Below are positions 50,301 to 64,000 of a stretch of DNA of 64,000 nucleotides, piece after piece. Numbering within the stretch: the first letter of the stretch is position 1; each line of letters opens with the position of its first letter. The notes beneath the pieces are model-generated. The model ran no database searches. It saw only the letters and a list, made by a program, of their open reading frames with translations, and had not been told where the DNA came from. The translations under genes were made by a program, and so were the position numbers. The DNA is from Raja brachyura. Lineage: Eukaryota. Where the stretch lies: NCBI GenBank assembly GCA_963514005.1, contig OY740795.1:744001-808000 (forward strand), written 5' to 3'.

Positions 50301-53300
50301 GGGGACTTGATTGAGGTCTTTAAAATGATGAAAGGGATAGACAGATTTGACGTGGATACGCTTTTCCCATTGAGGGTGGGAAAGATTCAAACAAGAGGGC
50401 ATGACATGCGAATTAAGGGACAGAAATTTAGGAGTAACATGAGGGCGAACTTCTTTACTCAGAGAGTGGTGGCTGTGTGGAATGATACGAGTTCAAGTTG
50501 TGTGGGATGATTGAGTATGGAGAAGCTTTGCTTCTGCAAACATGGGGAATAAAACATTTAGAGCTTTTAGGAGCGTTTTATGGGCTAAAGGCTTATTGTT
50601 CTAACGCAAGTAGTCTGCATGTTCAGCTCCAAATTGATAACACTACGGCAGTAGCATATGTCAATCACGTGGGTGGTATCAAGTCGTTATTTTGTGACCA
50701 ACTGGATCTGGGGTATTGGCAAGCACATTTGGCTCTCAACTATGTATCTACCAGGGAGGTTCAATACAGACACCAGGTCACGAACGTTCCATGACAACAT
50801 GGAGTGGATGTTGAATCGGATGATGACTTGTTGGCATCCAGCCTGAACTACCAGCTACCCAAATATGTGTAATGGGAACCAGATCCTGGGGCGGTAGCGA
50901 TTGACGCTTTCTCGCCGCATTGGTGTGGTATGTTTATGTATGCGTTTCCACCGTTTTGTCTCACAAATCGTTGACTGCTTAAATTCAAGCAGGGTGATGC
51001 TTCAGGGGTGCTGGTGATAGATACCCGACTGGCCTACCCAGCCACGGTATCCTTTGATCTTGCAACTGATGACTCAATCCCTGATGGCTGTTCCCAAACG
51101 AAGGGATTTATTGGTGCATCCGGTAACTGGCGAATGTCTTTCGTTCTATGACTGTATTGATTTGTTAATTTGCAGATTTTAAGAAGGCCATGTCTGGGGC
51201 GTGGATTATCGGGTGGAACTGTGGACATGCTTATTGCATCTTGGAGATCCAGTACTCAAATCAGTATCTTTGTTATGTAAAAAAATGGGAGGTTTACTGT
51301 GTACAAAATAATATTGACTATTGTACAAAATAATATTGACTATTGTACAGCAGGTACTTCGCACGTTCTAGAGTTTCTGTCAACCCTCTACTATGATGAA
51401 GGGCTGCGTTGTAGTGCAATTAACACAGCTAGAAGTGTTTTGTCATCATATTAATTGATGAAGTCAGACAAATATTCTATTGGATCTCACCCTCTCGTTA
51501 TCCGGTTAATGAAAGGGATTTTTAATTACAGACTTCCCAAACCTAGGTATATGGCAATTTGGGATGTGAGTATGGTTCTTAGACAACTGCGTGAGTGGTC
51601 TCCTGTCTCGTCTTTGCCCTTGACCAAAATCAACATGAAGCTGGCCATGAGAGTACAGACGTTGCAACAACTACAGCTATATAGAATGGAACAGCTGCAG
51701 ACAATGTAACGTTTTACATGTATGACCTCCTCAAACAAAGCAGACCAGGTGTCACAGGGTTTAAAATAATATTCTTAGCATATCCCACGGATCTATACTT
51801 ATGCGTAAAAACGCATTTGATGCAATACATTGCAGCTACGGGGGCTTTACGTAACATGGACGCAGGATACAAAAACACATAAGAGAGTATCAGTTACAAA
51901 AAACACATAAGAGAGTATCAGTTAATACTATTTCGAGATGGTTGAAATAGGTCTTGATTGATGCAGGTATTAACACTGATATGTTCACATCTTATTCCAC
52001 TAGGGCAACAGCTACGACTGCGGCCAAGGCGAGGGACGTGCCCGTCGACAATATTTTTGCGGCCGCCGGATGGGCAAATGAGCTAATGTTTCAGAGTTTC
52101 TATCTTCGGCCGATTGTCGATCCAGGGCTGTTTGCCAATGCTATTTTAAGGTCTGCTTGAAGTGCCCTCTGGGATAGAGGCGTACTGTTGTTTTGTTTAT
52201 AATTTCAAATAAACGTTATTTAAGCATTAAATGCAATGTCATTACTAATGCATTATTTTCTCAACCGAATCAATCAATGCGGTGGGAAGCCGGGATTTGA
52301 AATGTGCGGCACGAAATCACAAATCTTTGAACGCTTCACGGTATCACTCACGTGACTCCGAAGCAAAATAGTAATATTAGTCGAGAACTTACCAGTAATG
52401 TTAAACGAGAACTTACCAAACGAGAACGTGCCCGCCACGCCCAAACCTCTCTCATAGAAGATCATCTGGTAGTGCTCGAGTCACCCATCTTACCATGTCA
52501 CTTCCGTGCTTGTTAATTGTGATTTCATACCGCTGCTTTGAAGATTGACGCGCATGCGTCCTGACGGGTCTTCTTCACTTAATCACCAAAGTAACTCCTC
52601 ATAAAATCAATATCAAACTTCAAACTGGTAAGTTATCGTTTAATCTTACTATTAACCTTGTGAACCTACGCTGCACTCCCTCAAAAGCAAGGATGTCCTT
52701 CCCCAAATGAGTAGGCCAAAACTGCAAACAATACTGCAGTTGTTGTCAAATCAAAGCCCTGTACAACTGCATAAGGCCTCTACTCCTTTACTCAAATCAC
52801 CTCCTTATGAAGGCGATCATGCCATTAGGTTTCTTCACTACCTGATGTACCTGAACGTTAACTTTCTGTGACTGGTGTACAAGTACACCCATGTCTCGTT
52901 GCATGTCCCTTTATCGCCAATCTGACACAACTGGGATGATAATCTGTTTCCATGTTCTTGCCGTCAAAGTGGATAACATCACATTTACCTGCATTATACA
53001 GCATCTGCCATGTATCTGCCCACTCACTCAACCTGTTCAGGTCACCCTGCCACCACCTAGCATTCAGAAGTTTGTTCACGTTACTTTTAAATCATTTATA
53101 TAAATTGTCAAGCGTTTCAGTGCCTGCACCGAGCCTTGCGGCACAAGTCTCGCCACTGCCTGCCATTCTGACAGGGACCGCCTTCATCAATTTCACTTGT
53201 CACATTCTCAAAACATGCCAGCCGATAAGTCAACCAGGATTTCCCCTTCATAAATCCATACGGACTTGGACTAATCCTTTAAATGTTAAGCAAATATGCC

Positions 53301-53879
53301 GTTATCACATCTTTAATAATTAACTCCAGCATGTTCCCCAGTTCCGATATCAGCCTAATTGGTCTATAGTTTCCCGATTTCTTTCTCGCTCCTTTCTTGA
53401 AAAGTGGGATAACATTAGCTACCCTCCAATCGACAGGAACTGATCCTGAATCTATAGACCATTGCGAAGCATCACCAATACGTCCACGATTTCTAGAGCC
53501 ACCTCCTTGAGTACCGTGCGATGTAGAGCGTCAGGTCCTGGGGATTTTTAGCCTTAATTGCCATCAGTTTACCCAATAATATTTCTCGCCCAATGAAAAT
53601 TTATTACAGTTATTCTGTCTCACGAGATCCTCTGTCCTCTAGTACATAAGGATCCTAATTTTCCGTCTCCCTAAGCGAAGATAGAACGAGTACTACCTGT
53701 TCTACTCTTCTGCCATTTCTTTGTTCCCCATAATAATTCCTTGTTCCCCATCTATCGTCATCGGATGGGGCCGCGCGCGGCCGCCTCGCCAGCAATATGC
53801 CCGTCCTTTCATTCTTATTGTTATTATAGTCTGTCAAAAAAGTTTGTTCCTGAAGGTTATTTAGTCTTTTTATGTGGGC

Positions 53880-56800
53880 TGTGGGAGGTAGAAGAGGGGA
53901 AACGTTTTAGAAACATAGAAACATAGAAATTAGGTGCAGGAATAGGCCATTCGGCCCTTCGAGCCTGCACCGCCATTCAATATGATCATGGCTGATCATC
54001 CAACTCAGCATCCCGTACCTGCCCTCTCTCCATACCCTCTAATCCCCCTAGCCACAAGGGCCACATCTAACTCCCTCTTAAATATATCCAATGAACTGGC
54101 CTCAACTACCCTCTGTGGCAGAGAGTTCCAGAGACCCACCACTCTCTGTGTGAAAAAAATCCTTCTCATCTCGGTCCTAAAAGATTTCCCCCTTATCCTT
54201 AAGCTGTGACCCCTTGTCCTGGACCTCCCCAACATCGGGAACAATCTTCCTGCATCTAGCCTGTCCAACCCCTTAAGAATCTTGTAAGTTTCTATAAGAT
54301 CCCCTCTCAATCTCCTAAATTCTATAGAGTATAAACCGAGTCTATGCAGTCTTTGTTCATAAGACAGTCCTGACATCCCAGGAATCAGTCTGGTGAACCT
54401 TCGCTGCACTCCCTCTATGGCAATAATGTCCTTCCTCAGATTTGGAGACCAGAACTGTACGCAATACTCCAGGTGTGGCCTCACCAAGACCCTATACAAC
54501 TGAAGTAGAACCTCCCTGCTCCTATACTCAAATCCTTTTGCTATGAAACCTAACATACCATTGGCTTTCTTCACTGCCTGCTGTACCTGCATGCCTACTT
54601 TCAATGACTGGTGTACCATGACACCCAGGTCGCGCTGCATCTCCCCTTTTCCTAATCCGCCACCATTTAGATAGTAGTCGGTTTTCCTATTTTTGCCACC
54701 AAAGTGGATAACCTCACATTTATCCACATTATACAGCATCTGCCCAACATTTGCCCACTCACCCAGCCTATCCAAGTCACCTTGCAGTCTCCTAGCATCC
54801 TCCTCACAGCTAACACTGCCACCCAGCTTAGTGTCATCCGCAAACTTGGAGATATTGCCTTCAATTCCCTCATCCAGATCATTTATGTATATTGTAAATA
54901 GCTGGGGTCCCAGCACTGAGCCTTGCGGTACCCCACTAGTCACTGCCTGCCATTGTGAAAACGACCCGTTAACTCCTACTCTTTGCTTCCTGTTTGCCAG
55001 CCAGTTCTCTATCCACATCAATACTGAACCCCCAATGCCATATGCTTTAAGTTTATATACTAATCGCTTATGTGGGACCTTGTCGAAAGCCTTCTGGAAG
55101 TCCAGATACAGCACATCCACTGGTTCTCCCCCATCCACGCTACTAGTTACATCCTCGAAAAATTCCACAAGATTCGTCAGACATGATTTACCTTTCGTAA
55201 ATCCATGCTGACTTTGTCCAATGATTTCACCACTTTCCAAATGTGCTGCTATCTCATCTTTAATAACTGACTCTAGCAGTTTCCCCACTACCGATGTTAG
55301 ACTAACTGGTCTGTAATTCCCCGTTTTCTCTCTCCCCCTTCTTAAAAAGAGGGGTTACGTTTGCTACCCGCCAATCCTCAGGAACTACTCCAGAATCTAA
55401 AGAGTTTTGAAAGATTATGACTAATGCATCCACTATTTCCGGAGCTACTTCCTTAAGTACTCTGGGATGCAGCCTATCTGGCCCTGGGGATTTATCGGCC
55501 TTTAATCCATTCAATTTACCCAACACCACTTCCCGACTGACCTGGATTTCACTCAAGTACTCCTTTGACCTGCGGTCCCCTGCTATTTCCGGCAGATTAT
55601 TTATGTCTTCCTTAGTGAAGACGGAACCAAAGTAGTTATTCAATTGGTCCGCCATATCCTTGTTCCCCATGATCAACTCACCTGTTTCTGACTGCAAGGG
55701 ACCTACATTTGTTTTAACTAATCTCTTTCTCTTCACATATCTATAAAAACTTTTGCAGTCAGTTTTTATGTTCTCTGCCAGTTTTCTTTCGTAATCTATT
55801 TTTCCTTTCCTAATCAAGCCCTTTGTCCTTCTCTGCTGGTCTCTGAATTTCTCCCATTCCTCTGGTATGCTGCTTTTTCTGGCTACTTTGTACGCATCAT
55901 CCTTTGCTTTGATACTATCCCTGATTTCCCTTGTTATCCACGGATGCACTACCTTCCCTGATCTATTCTTTTGCCAAATTGGGATGAACAATTTTTGTAG
56001 TTCATCCATGCAGTCCTTAAATGTCTTCCATTGCGTATCCACCGTCAACCCTTTTAGAATTGATTGCCAGTCAATCTTGGCCAATTCACGTCTCATACCC
56101 TCAAAGTTACCTTTCCTTTAGTTCAGAGCCATTCCCAGTTACTACCTAGTCGATGGTGCGGCTTTCACCGATTCGCGTCTTCACCCCCCCTCCCCCCACC
56201 ACCTCCACCCCCCTCGCGGCCTACCATATGGATTGACGCGGCATTTCCTGTCGGACACCGGCCAGAGCTTCAAAAGCGCACGCAGGATTCCATCATTGGG
56301 CCGCCCTTGCGGCGACTGCGGATGATTCAAAGCCCCAACCACGGGTGAACAAAAGGAAGCTGACTGAACTTCATGGTCTTTCCTCACAATGGGAAAAGAT
56401 AATTCCGCTGTGTGGGGATGTTCATGTTAACTTATATCATGCATTGTGCTCGTTTATGTGCCAATTGGTGCATGTGAAAATAAATGTAACCTGAACTTGA
56501 ACTTAATTTTAACTGTTTCTGCCTTCAAAGAACCCACATTTGCCTTTACTAATATATTTTTTCTCTTAACATTCCTAAATAAGCTTTTACTGCCCATACA
56601 TTCCTGGCGTACTACATTTTTTCCCCTCGTATTGACATTTGTGTTACCTTCTGATGTCCTTTGAAAGTTTCCCTAGGGTCTGGCTTCCCGCCACTCTTTC
56701 CTGTGTTATATATCTTTTCTTTTAGTTTTATACTGTCCACAACTACAATTTACAGCCACGGTTACCTCTTACTCCCCTTAGAATCTATCTTCATCCTTGG

Positions 56801-59800
56801 AATGAAATGATCTTGCATCTTCTGCATTATGCCCAGAAATTCCTGCCATTGCTGTTCCTCCGTCACTTCTGCAAGGATTATTTTCCAGTCGACCTTACCC
56901 GCTCTCCTCTCATACCGTATCAATTTGTATCAGTACACGTTACGAAGAAGCGGCAGACGTAACAGTATGAAGATTGATGGACTGCCCACTATTTATTTGC
57001 TGGTGGGGGTGCACAATATGCAGAAGGTGGGAGCTGCTCAGTTCCGCACTGGAGAAAATCAAATATCCCCCTTTCCTGAACGGAAATCGTATCCGGACCA
57101 CTGGACCATGAGGGAAACTGACTTAATTACTATGCCTTAATCAACATAATTCATCCTGGCCATGGTGGATACCCAGAACATAGTGAATCCCACCGCAAAT
57201 TGGCGAAGTGGCACCTCAAATTTCTCTTGCGTAGTTTACACCGCAGCGGTAAGAACATTGGCTTCTCCAATTTCAGGTAGTCCTTGCTATCTCCCCCATC
57301 CCCTCCCCTTCCCAAATCTCCCACAGCCCACTACCTACCGCCTCTTCCATTCTCTACCCGCCCCCCCCCCACCAACCCTACATCAGTCTGCAGAGGGTCT
57401 CGACCCGAAACGTCTCTTATTCCTGCTCTCCATACATCCCCGGTCCAAGGCTCCACTCCCCCCCCCCAACTCCCCAGGACCTTCGTGTAGTCTCCCCCAG
57501 GACATCCCAGAAAACTCTACCGTCAGCCAATCCGGCTGGGGATTTGCCACTCCAGAGTCAACTCCTCAAACGAAAATAGATCATCAAGGAGTTCAAACAA
57601 CTCTCCATCTATAGTCAGTAGACCCTCTCATAGGACCAGCTGAGCCTTCCCGCTGAATCCATCTGGGGAGAACAGAGACCCATAAAATGACCGAACTAAC
57701 GCACTGATCTTCTCTGGGTCTTTGACAGAGGAGCCGTCATCCGCGCGCAGCTCGACGAACTGTTCGTGGATTCAGATCGTGCAGCATCTGGACCCGCGAC
57801 CTCCCGTAAGCATCTCGGGACCGCGCAAGCTGCAGGTCTCTCCGTGCTTCCTTCCTGTCATGATACTGTCCCCACTCACAGGAGTTCTCACCAATTCGAC
57901 CCAAGCGAGTAATTCTCTGCGCCCCTCCTTCTGGTCGAACCCGACGTGAACTCCTGATAAAACGGACTGATGTAAGCCTTTCCCACATCCCACCACTGCC
58001 TAAGGGAAGGAATACCACTCAGCCTCTCTCTTCACTTCACCCAAAGCCGACTGAATGACTCCTGAAATCGGCTATTCTCCAGCAGCTTGTTATGAAAGTG
58101 CCAGAACGCTGACCAGCTGGTGTGCGCGCTAGGACAAAGTCCACTCACACCAGACAGTGGTCATCGCACGCCACCGGCCGCACAGAGGCCACGAGACACA
58201 AGAAACATAAGATCTGGAGATGTACAAGCGATCGCTACGTGTACCACCCACCTCAGACCTCGCGTAAAAGCGTTGGAATCAGGGTGGAGCTGAAATAATA
58301 ATGCAAAAGTGTCATACAACCAATTTTTACCTTTATTTAGCAGGAAAGAAACATCCAAATTCGTCTCACGAGAGATCAGCAAGTTTTAAAAATCCCGCAT
58401 AGTTTGGCTTTGTGGAGTTGATCGGGAGAATCATCAATATATATGGGACATGCAATATACTTTCCAAGGGAACAACAGCGGAGAAGGTAAGACTTTACCA
58501 ACTGAATTGAAGCAATTTTCACTATGGAGGCTGTTGCATTCAAAGAACTACACTCGTAGGAAAAGGGACAATGGTCTTCGTTGCGATTGTGCCAACAAAA
58601 TGGCGAGAAATATTGTTCACAATTTTCCCTATCACACAGAATAATTCCGCTCAGATTTACATTTCACGGAATCCGCGACTAAACATGTCCCGGTGAGGGG
58701 ATGCTGCATGATAATATTGGCAGAGTTGACATATGGACAGCTGGTGGAGTGTATTATCAGTTAATTGATTAACAATTGGTTTGTTAGCAAGAGTGCACGA
58801 GCGATGATTTTTTTTAGAACAAGATATCTTCATTTTAATTCATCATTGACAGAATATTTTCTTTTCTTCACAGATTGCGAGGGAAGAGGAGAAATGGGTA
58901 GGTACAAAGTTCACCCTCCACGTTGTAGTATCAGGGAAACATTATGCGGCTTACTGCCTCTTAACAGCAAATTAACAGCAGGCAGTATCTCTGGAGCAAG
59001 AGGATAGATGACGTTTCTGGTCAGGATCATTCTTCCGCCGACAGTAGAACGAGGCCACTGGATGCAAGAGTAGGCCAGAACAAGGCAGGGAAGGCAACAC
59101 ATGTCTGAGAAAGAAATTAGCCCATAATCGCCCATTGTTGGCTGGGGGATACGTGGTAACAAACAACTAGTAGATGCGAACAGTACAACTGATGACTAGG
59201 TTGGGGGAGAGAGTGAGAGAAAGGTGTACACTAGCTATATACGATATGCTGTTCCTCCATTGATTGCGTGGCCTCGCACTAAAGGTTGAGAAGGACAACG
59301 GTAGAAGTGTTTATGTGCGAATTGGAAGATGTGTTAAAATGTTTGCCCTCTGCGAGAACGTAAAGGCAAATGGAGAAATTGATGTTATCGTAGATAGGAC
59401 TATAGAATCACAGTCATAGAGTGATACAGTGTGGTAGCAGGACCTTACGCCCAACTCGCCACACCGGCCAACAATATCTCAGTACACTAGCCTGGAGGGG
59501 GACCGACTTAAATGGACGGGGACCGACCTTCTGGCAGGTAGGTTTGCTAGGGCTTCACGTGTGGATTTAACTAAATAGTGGCGGGGGGGGGGGGGGGTGG
59601 GGGGGCGGCGGATTGACAAATCGGGACGACAAAGATTGAGTTGAGGTGGAAGTGGCTACAGGAAAAATACAAAAGATTCTCGAATTAACGGAAAGGAAAG
59701 AGAACGGACACAAGAGTATTTAGGGACAATTGCGAGTGGTGCGAGGGGGTGAGTGAATATGGAGGTGAAGTGCTCTATGTGAATGCGCGAAGTGTAAGGA

Positions 59801-62800
59801 GAAACGTGAACGAGCTTGAGGCTCAGTTAGAAACTGGCAAGTATGATGTTGTGGGAATTACCGAGACATGGCTGCAAGAGGGCCAAGGTTGGGAACTGAA
59901 TATTCAAGGGTATACCTCCTATAGAAAAAAAATATGGAGGTAGGCAGAGGGGGTGGGGTTACCCTGTTGGTGAGGTATTAAATTCAGTTGCTTGCAAGGG
60001 ATGGCATTGAAACAGGAGATGCGGAGTCTGTGTGGATAGAATAAGGAATTGTAAGGGTACAAATACCCTAATAGGAATATTCTACAGGCCACTAAACGGC
60101 AGCGTGGACATAGGGCGCTAGTTGAATCAGGAGTTAAAATTGGCATGTAGCAAAAGTAATGCTGTGGTTGCTGTGGGAGATTTCAGCATGCAGCTAGACT
60201 GGGAAAATCAGGTTGGTACTGGACCCCAAGAAACGGACTTTGTAGAGGGTCTTCGTGATCGATTGTCTTTTGTCTTCGTGATCGATCTTTTATAATTGAC
60301 CCCAGCATCTTCACCACCACCGATGTCATGCTAACTGGTCTGTAATTTCCTGTTTGCTCTCTCCCACCTTTCTTAAATATTAGGATAACATTAGCTACCC
60401 TCCAATCCACAGGAACTGATCCTGAGTCTGTAGAACATTGGAAAATTAGAGCAGTTAGATTGTCAGAGCAGCTTGTTTTGGAGCCTACCAGAGAGAAGGC
60501 AATACTGGATTTCGTGTTATGTAATGAACCTCATTTGATAAAGGACCTCGAGGTTAATGAGCCATTAGGACGCAGTGGCCATAACATGGTTCGGTTTATT
60601 CTACAATTGGAGAGAGATAAGTGCAGCTCGGAGGTGTTAGAGTTGCAGTTGAATAAAGGGGACAATGGGGCTATGAGAGAGGAGCTGGCCAATGTTGCCT
60701 GGAAAGATACACTAGCAGGGATGACAATGGAACAAATATGGCAGGTGTTTCTAGGAATAATACAGAAGGTGCAGGATCAGTTCATTCCTAGGAGGAAGAA
60801 AGATTCCAAGGGGAGAAAAGGACGTTCGTGTCTCACAAGGGACGTCAGTGACAGTATAAAAAGTAAAGCGAAGAAGTACATCATAGCAAAGATGAGCGGG
60901 AAGCAAGAGGATTGGGTAATGTTTACAGAACAACAGAAGATAACTATAAATAATATACGGGGAGAAAAGATGAGGTACGAAGGTAAACTAGCCAAGAATA
61001 TAAAGCAGGATATTAAAAGTTAGGTACGTGAAGAGGAAACAATTAGTTCCATTTTTGGACCATTGAAGACCGACAAAGGTGAATTTATTATGGACCAAGG
61101 AGATGGCAGAGGAGTTGAACAGGTACTTTGGATCTGTCTTCACTAAGGAGGACACAAACAATCATCCTGTTATAGTTGTGGCCAGAGGATCTGTGGTGAC
61201 GAAGGAACTGAAGGGCATCCACATTAGGTAGGACATTGTGTTGGATAGACCGATGGGACTGAAGGCTGATACATCCCCAAGCCTGATGGTCTGCATCCTA
61301 GGGTACATAAGGAAGTGGCTCAAGAAATTGTGGATGCATTGGTGATAATTTTCCAATGTTCTACAGACTCAGGATCAGTTCCTGTGGATTGGAGGGTAGC
61401 TAATGTTATCCTAATGTTTATGAAAGGTGGGAGAGAGCAAACAGGGAATTACAGACCAGTTAGCATGACATCGGTGGTGGTGAAGATGCTGGGGTCAATT
61501 ATAAAAGATGAAATAGCCGAACATTTGGATAGTAGTAACAGGATCGGTCCGAGTCAGCATGGATTTACGAAGGGGAAATCATGCTTGACAAATTTTCTGG
61601 AATTTTTTGAAGATGTAGCTAGGAAAATGGACAAGGGAGAGTCAGTGGATGTAATATACCTTGACTTTAAGAAAACATTTGGTAAGGTCCCGCATAGAAG
61701 ATTAGTGGGCAGAATTAGGGCGCATGGTAGTGGGGGTATAGTGCTGACATGGACAGAGAACTGGTTGGCAGACAGGAAACAAAGAGTGGGGATTAACTGT
61801 CCCTTTCAGAATGGCAGGCAGTGACTAGTGGGGTACCGCAAAGCTCGGTTCTGGGACCGCATCTATTTACAGTATAAATCAATGATTTGGATGAGCGGAT
61901 TCAAAGTAACATTAGCAAATTTGCAGATGACACAAAGCTGGGTGGCAGTGTGAACTGTGAGGAGGATGCTATGGGAATTCAGTGTGACTTGGACAGGTTG
62001 GGAGAGTGGGCAGTTGAATGGCAGATGACGTTTAATGCGGATAAATGTGAGGTTAACCACTTCGGTAGCAAAAACAGGAAGGCAGATTACTGTCTTAATG
62101 GCGTCAATTTGGGAAAAGGGGAAGTATCACGTGATCTATGAAAGTAGGCATGCAGGTACAGCAGGCAGTGAAGAAAGCGAATGGCATGCTGGCCTTCATA
62201 ACAAGTGCAATCCAATATCGGAGCAAAGAGGTCCTTCTGCAGTTGTGCAGAGCCCGACTGAGACCACACCTGGAGTATTGTGTGCAGTGTTGGTCCCCTA
62301 ATTTGAGGAAGAACATTCTTGCTATTGAGCGCGTGCAGCGTAGGTTTACATGGTTAATTCCTGGGATGGCGGGACTGTGAATGCTGAAAGAATGGAGCTG
62401 CTGGACCTGTACACTCTGGAGTTTAGAAGGATGAGAGGGCATCGGTTTGAAAGACATAAGATTGTCAAAGTCTTGGACACGCTAGAGGCAGGAAACATGT
62501 TGACGATATTGGGGGAGACCTGTACCAGGGGCCACATTTTAAGAATAAAGCGTAAGCCATTTAGAACGGAGAAGAGGAAACACTTTTTCTCACAGAGAGT
62601 GGCGAGACTGTGGATTTCTCTGCCTCAGAGGGCGGTGGAGGCGGGTTCTCTGGATGCTCACAGAGAGCTAGATCGGGCTCTTTAAATAGTGGAGTCAGGG
62701 GATATGGCGAGAAGGCGGGAACGTGGCAATGATTGTGGATATTCAGCCATGATCACAATGAATGGCGGTGCTGGCTCGAAGGCCCGAATGGCCTAATCCT

Positions 62801-64000
62801 GCAGCTATTCTCTAGTGTCACTTGCCTGCCCTTGGTCCATATCCCTTCAAATCTCTCCTATCCATGTACCTGTCTAACCGTTTATTAAACGATGGGATAG
62901 TCCCAGCCTCGTCTACCTCGTGTGGCAGCTTGTTCTATACACCCACTACCCTTTTTGTGAAAATGTTTCCCCACGGATTGCTATTGAATATTTTTCCCTT
63001 CTCCTTGAACCTTGTCATATGGTGGTCGATTCGCTGGGTAAAAGACACTGTGCATCTACCTGGTCTATTGCTCTCATGATTTTGTATTTCTGGCACACCT
63101 CACCTATAGCTTTATTTTCGATAGATGTTTTCCGCATAGAGAAGGTATTTTAAGCACGGTATCTGTATGGAACTTTGCACACCCTAGATCATCCTGATAC
63201 CAGACTGATTCCTGGGATGTCAGGACTTCCATATGAAGAAAGACAGGATAGAAAGGGTCACATTTTAAGGATAAGGGGGAAATCATTTTAGGACCGAGAT
63301 TAGAAAAAACATTTTTTACACAGAGAGTGGTGAATCTCTGGAATTCTCTGCCACAGAAGGTAGTTGAGGCCAGTTAATTGGCTATATTTAAGAGGGAGTT
63401 AGATGTGGCCCTTGTGGCTAAATTTATCAGGGGGTATGAAGAGAAGGCAGGTAAGGGACACTGAGTTGGATGATCAGCCATGATCATATTGAATGGCGGT
63501 GCAGGCTCGAAGGACCGAATGGCCTACTCCTCCACCTATTTTCTATGTTTCTATGTTTCTATCCGCTGCTAAAACAGCAGATTATCTTTAAAACGAATAC
63601 CTCGTTATTGTGCCATGATACGTCTTTTCAATGATAAAAGGAAATCATAAATATAACCCGTTGCACCTATTCAACAAAAAATCTTCACTCGTTTTGAAAG
63701 CAATATGTCCCAGGCGTGTGTATACATATTCGTGAAAACACAGAAGTTGAATGATTTAACGGGGTACATGATGATATGTACAAGACGTGCGACTCAATTG
63801 AGCCCATGAACCTACTAAGCAGGTGGGCGTGCCCGAAAGGGGGAATGGCCGAATGCCCGAAAGAGCATAAAATGTCTGCACATTAAATGCTGTCTTTTCG
63901 CATAAACCCTACAGCAAAGCAACGCATGAAACCCAGCTGGTCACTAGTTTGTGTTATATTATTTTAACTTACACATTACCGATTTTAATATCTTTCTAGT
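53880..64000 (+). repeat. Recent segmental duplication, copy C (same CR1, Penelope, Tx1 and CR1 succession as 1-10116)
   Basis: Near-identical to 1-10116 and runs off the window end. Confidence 0.97.
63959..64000 (-). CDS. 3' end of a third GPR139-like copy (partial; status unknown)
   Basis: Reads TRKILKSVMCKLK-stop, matching TGKIFISVKCKFK-stop of the intact paralogue. Confidence 0.75.
   Translation of the reverse strand, partial: TRKILKSVMCKLK

Larger units (their letters stand above)
42344..50485 (+). mobile_element. CR1 LINE (different subfamily) nested in the DIRS RT, with 5' UTR monomers; 3' UTR deleted
   Basis: Monomer array of about 89 bp x3 at 42344-42600. ORF1 remnants (GDSIVRG, VVVHIGTND) and ORF2 fragments (ISETWL, GDFN, SDHN, YADD). 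Joins the DIRS RNase H region abruptly near 50485. Confidence 0.88.
40514..52653 (+). mobile_element. DIRS1-like tyrosine-recombinase retrotransposon, decayed, with nested insertions
   Basis: ITRs at 40513-40576 and 52546-52608; ICR at 52335-52396. Gag-like region (PKNCELLNV..VNQVVW) and RT start (GRLRLFYEEW, PKKDG, IDLK). RNase H (LELLGA, IDNTTAVAYVNHVGG), methyltransferase-like YAFPPF and YR (HPLVIRLMKG, STR, AAGW). Confidence 0.92.
40190..53755 (-). mobile_element. Old CR1 hosting the DIRS insertion (parts about 40190-40513 and 52654-53755, continuing about 56505-56915)
   Basis: CR1 sequence GACAGTCCCG..CCGCGGA|ATT|AACCTTGTGAACC rejoins across the DIRS. Confidence 0.8.

Overview
Vertebrate genomic DNA, almost certainly from a cartilaginous fish and probably a skate or ray (inferred from the gene content and repeat style). 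Most of the window is nested retroelements: CR1 LINEs of several ages, a DIRS element, L1/Tx1 LINEs, Penelope remnants and tRNA-derived SINEs. The key host locus is an apparently intact germline NAR-TCR cassette on the + strand. It comprises a leader (15753-15795), an IgNAR-like V (15949-16241) with a 22-bp-spacer RSS, one D (16631-16645) flanked by 12-type RSSs, a 23-RSS J (17027-17084), and a leaderless supporting TCR-delta V (20693-20998) with its own 23-RSS. No D-delta, J-delta or C-delta is in the window. The cassette is interleaved with two-exon GPR139-like GPCR genes on the - strand: a pseudogene (10101-12890), an intact 330-aa gene (36161-38768) and the 3' tip of a third copy at the window end. 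Bases 1-10116 recur almost identically at 53880-64000, and an older duplication relates about 3045-15280 to about 21620-39560. Together these suggest that a GPCR plus NAR-TCR module has been tandemly amplified. Other notable items: an orphan leader-like exon splicing into the 245-N gap, an L1 3' transduction with a 12-bp TSD, a DIRS element with complete ITR/ICR termini, CR1 5' UTR monomer arrays, and a templated inverted insertion. All calls are by eye; repeat boundaries are approximate.
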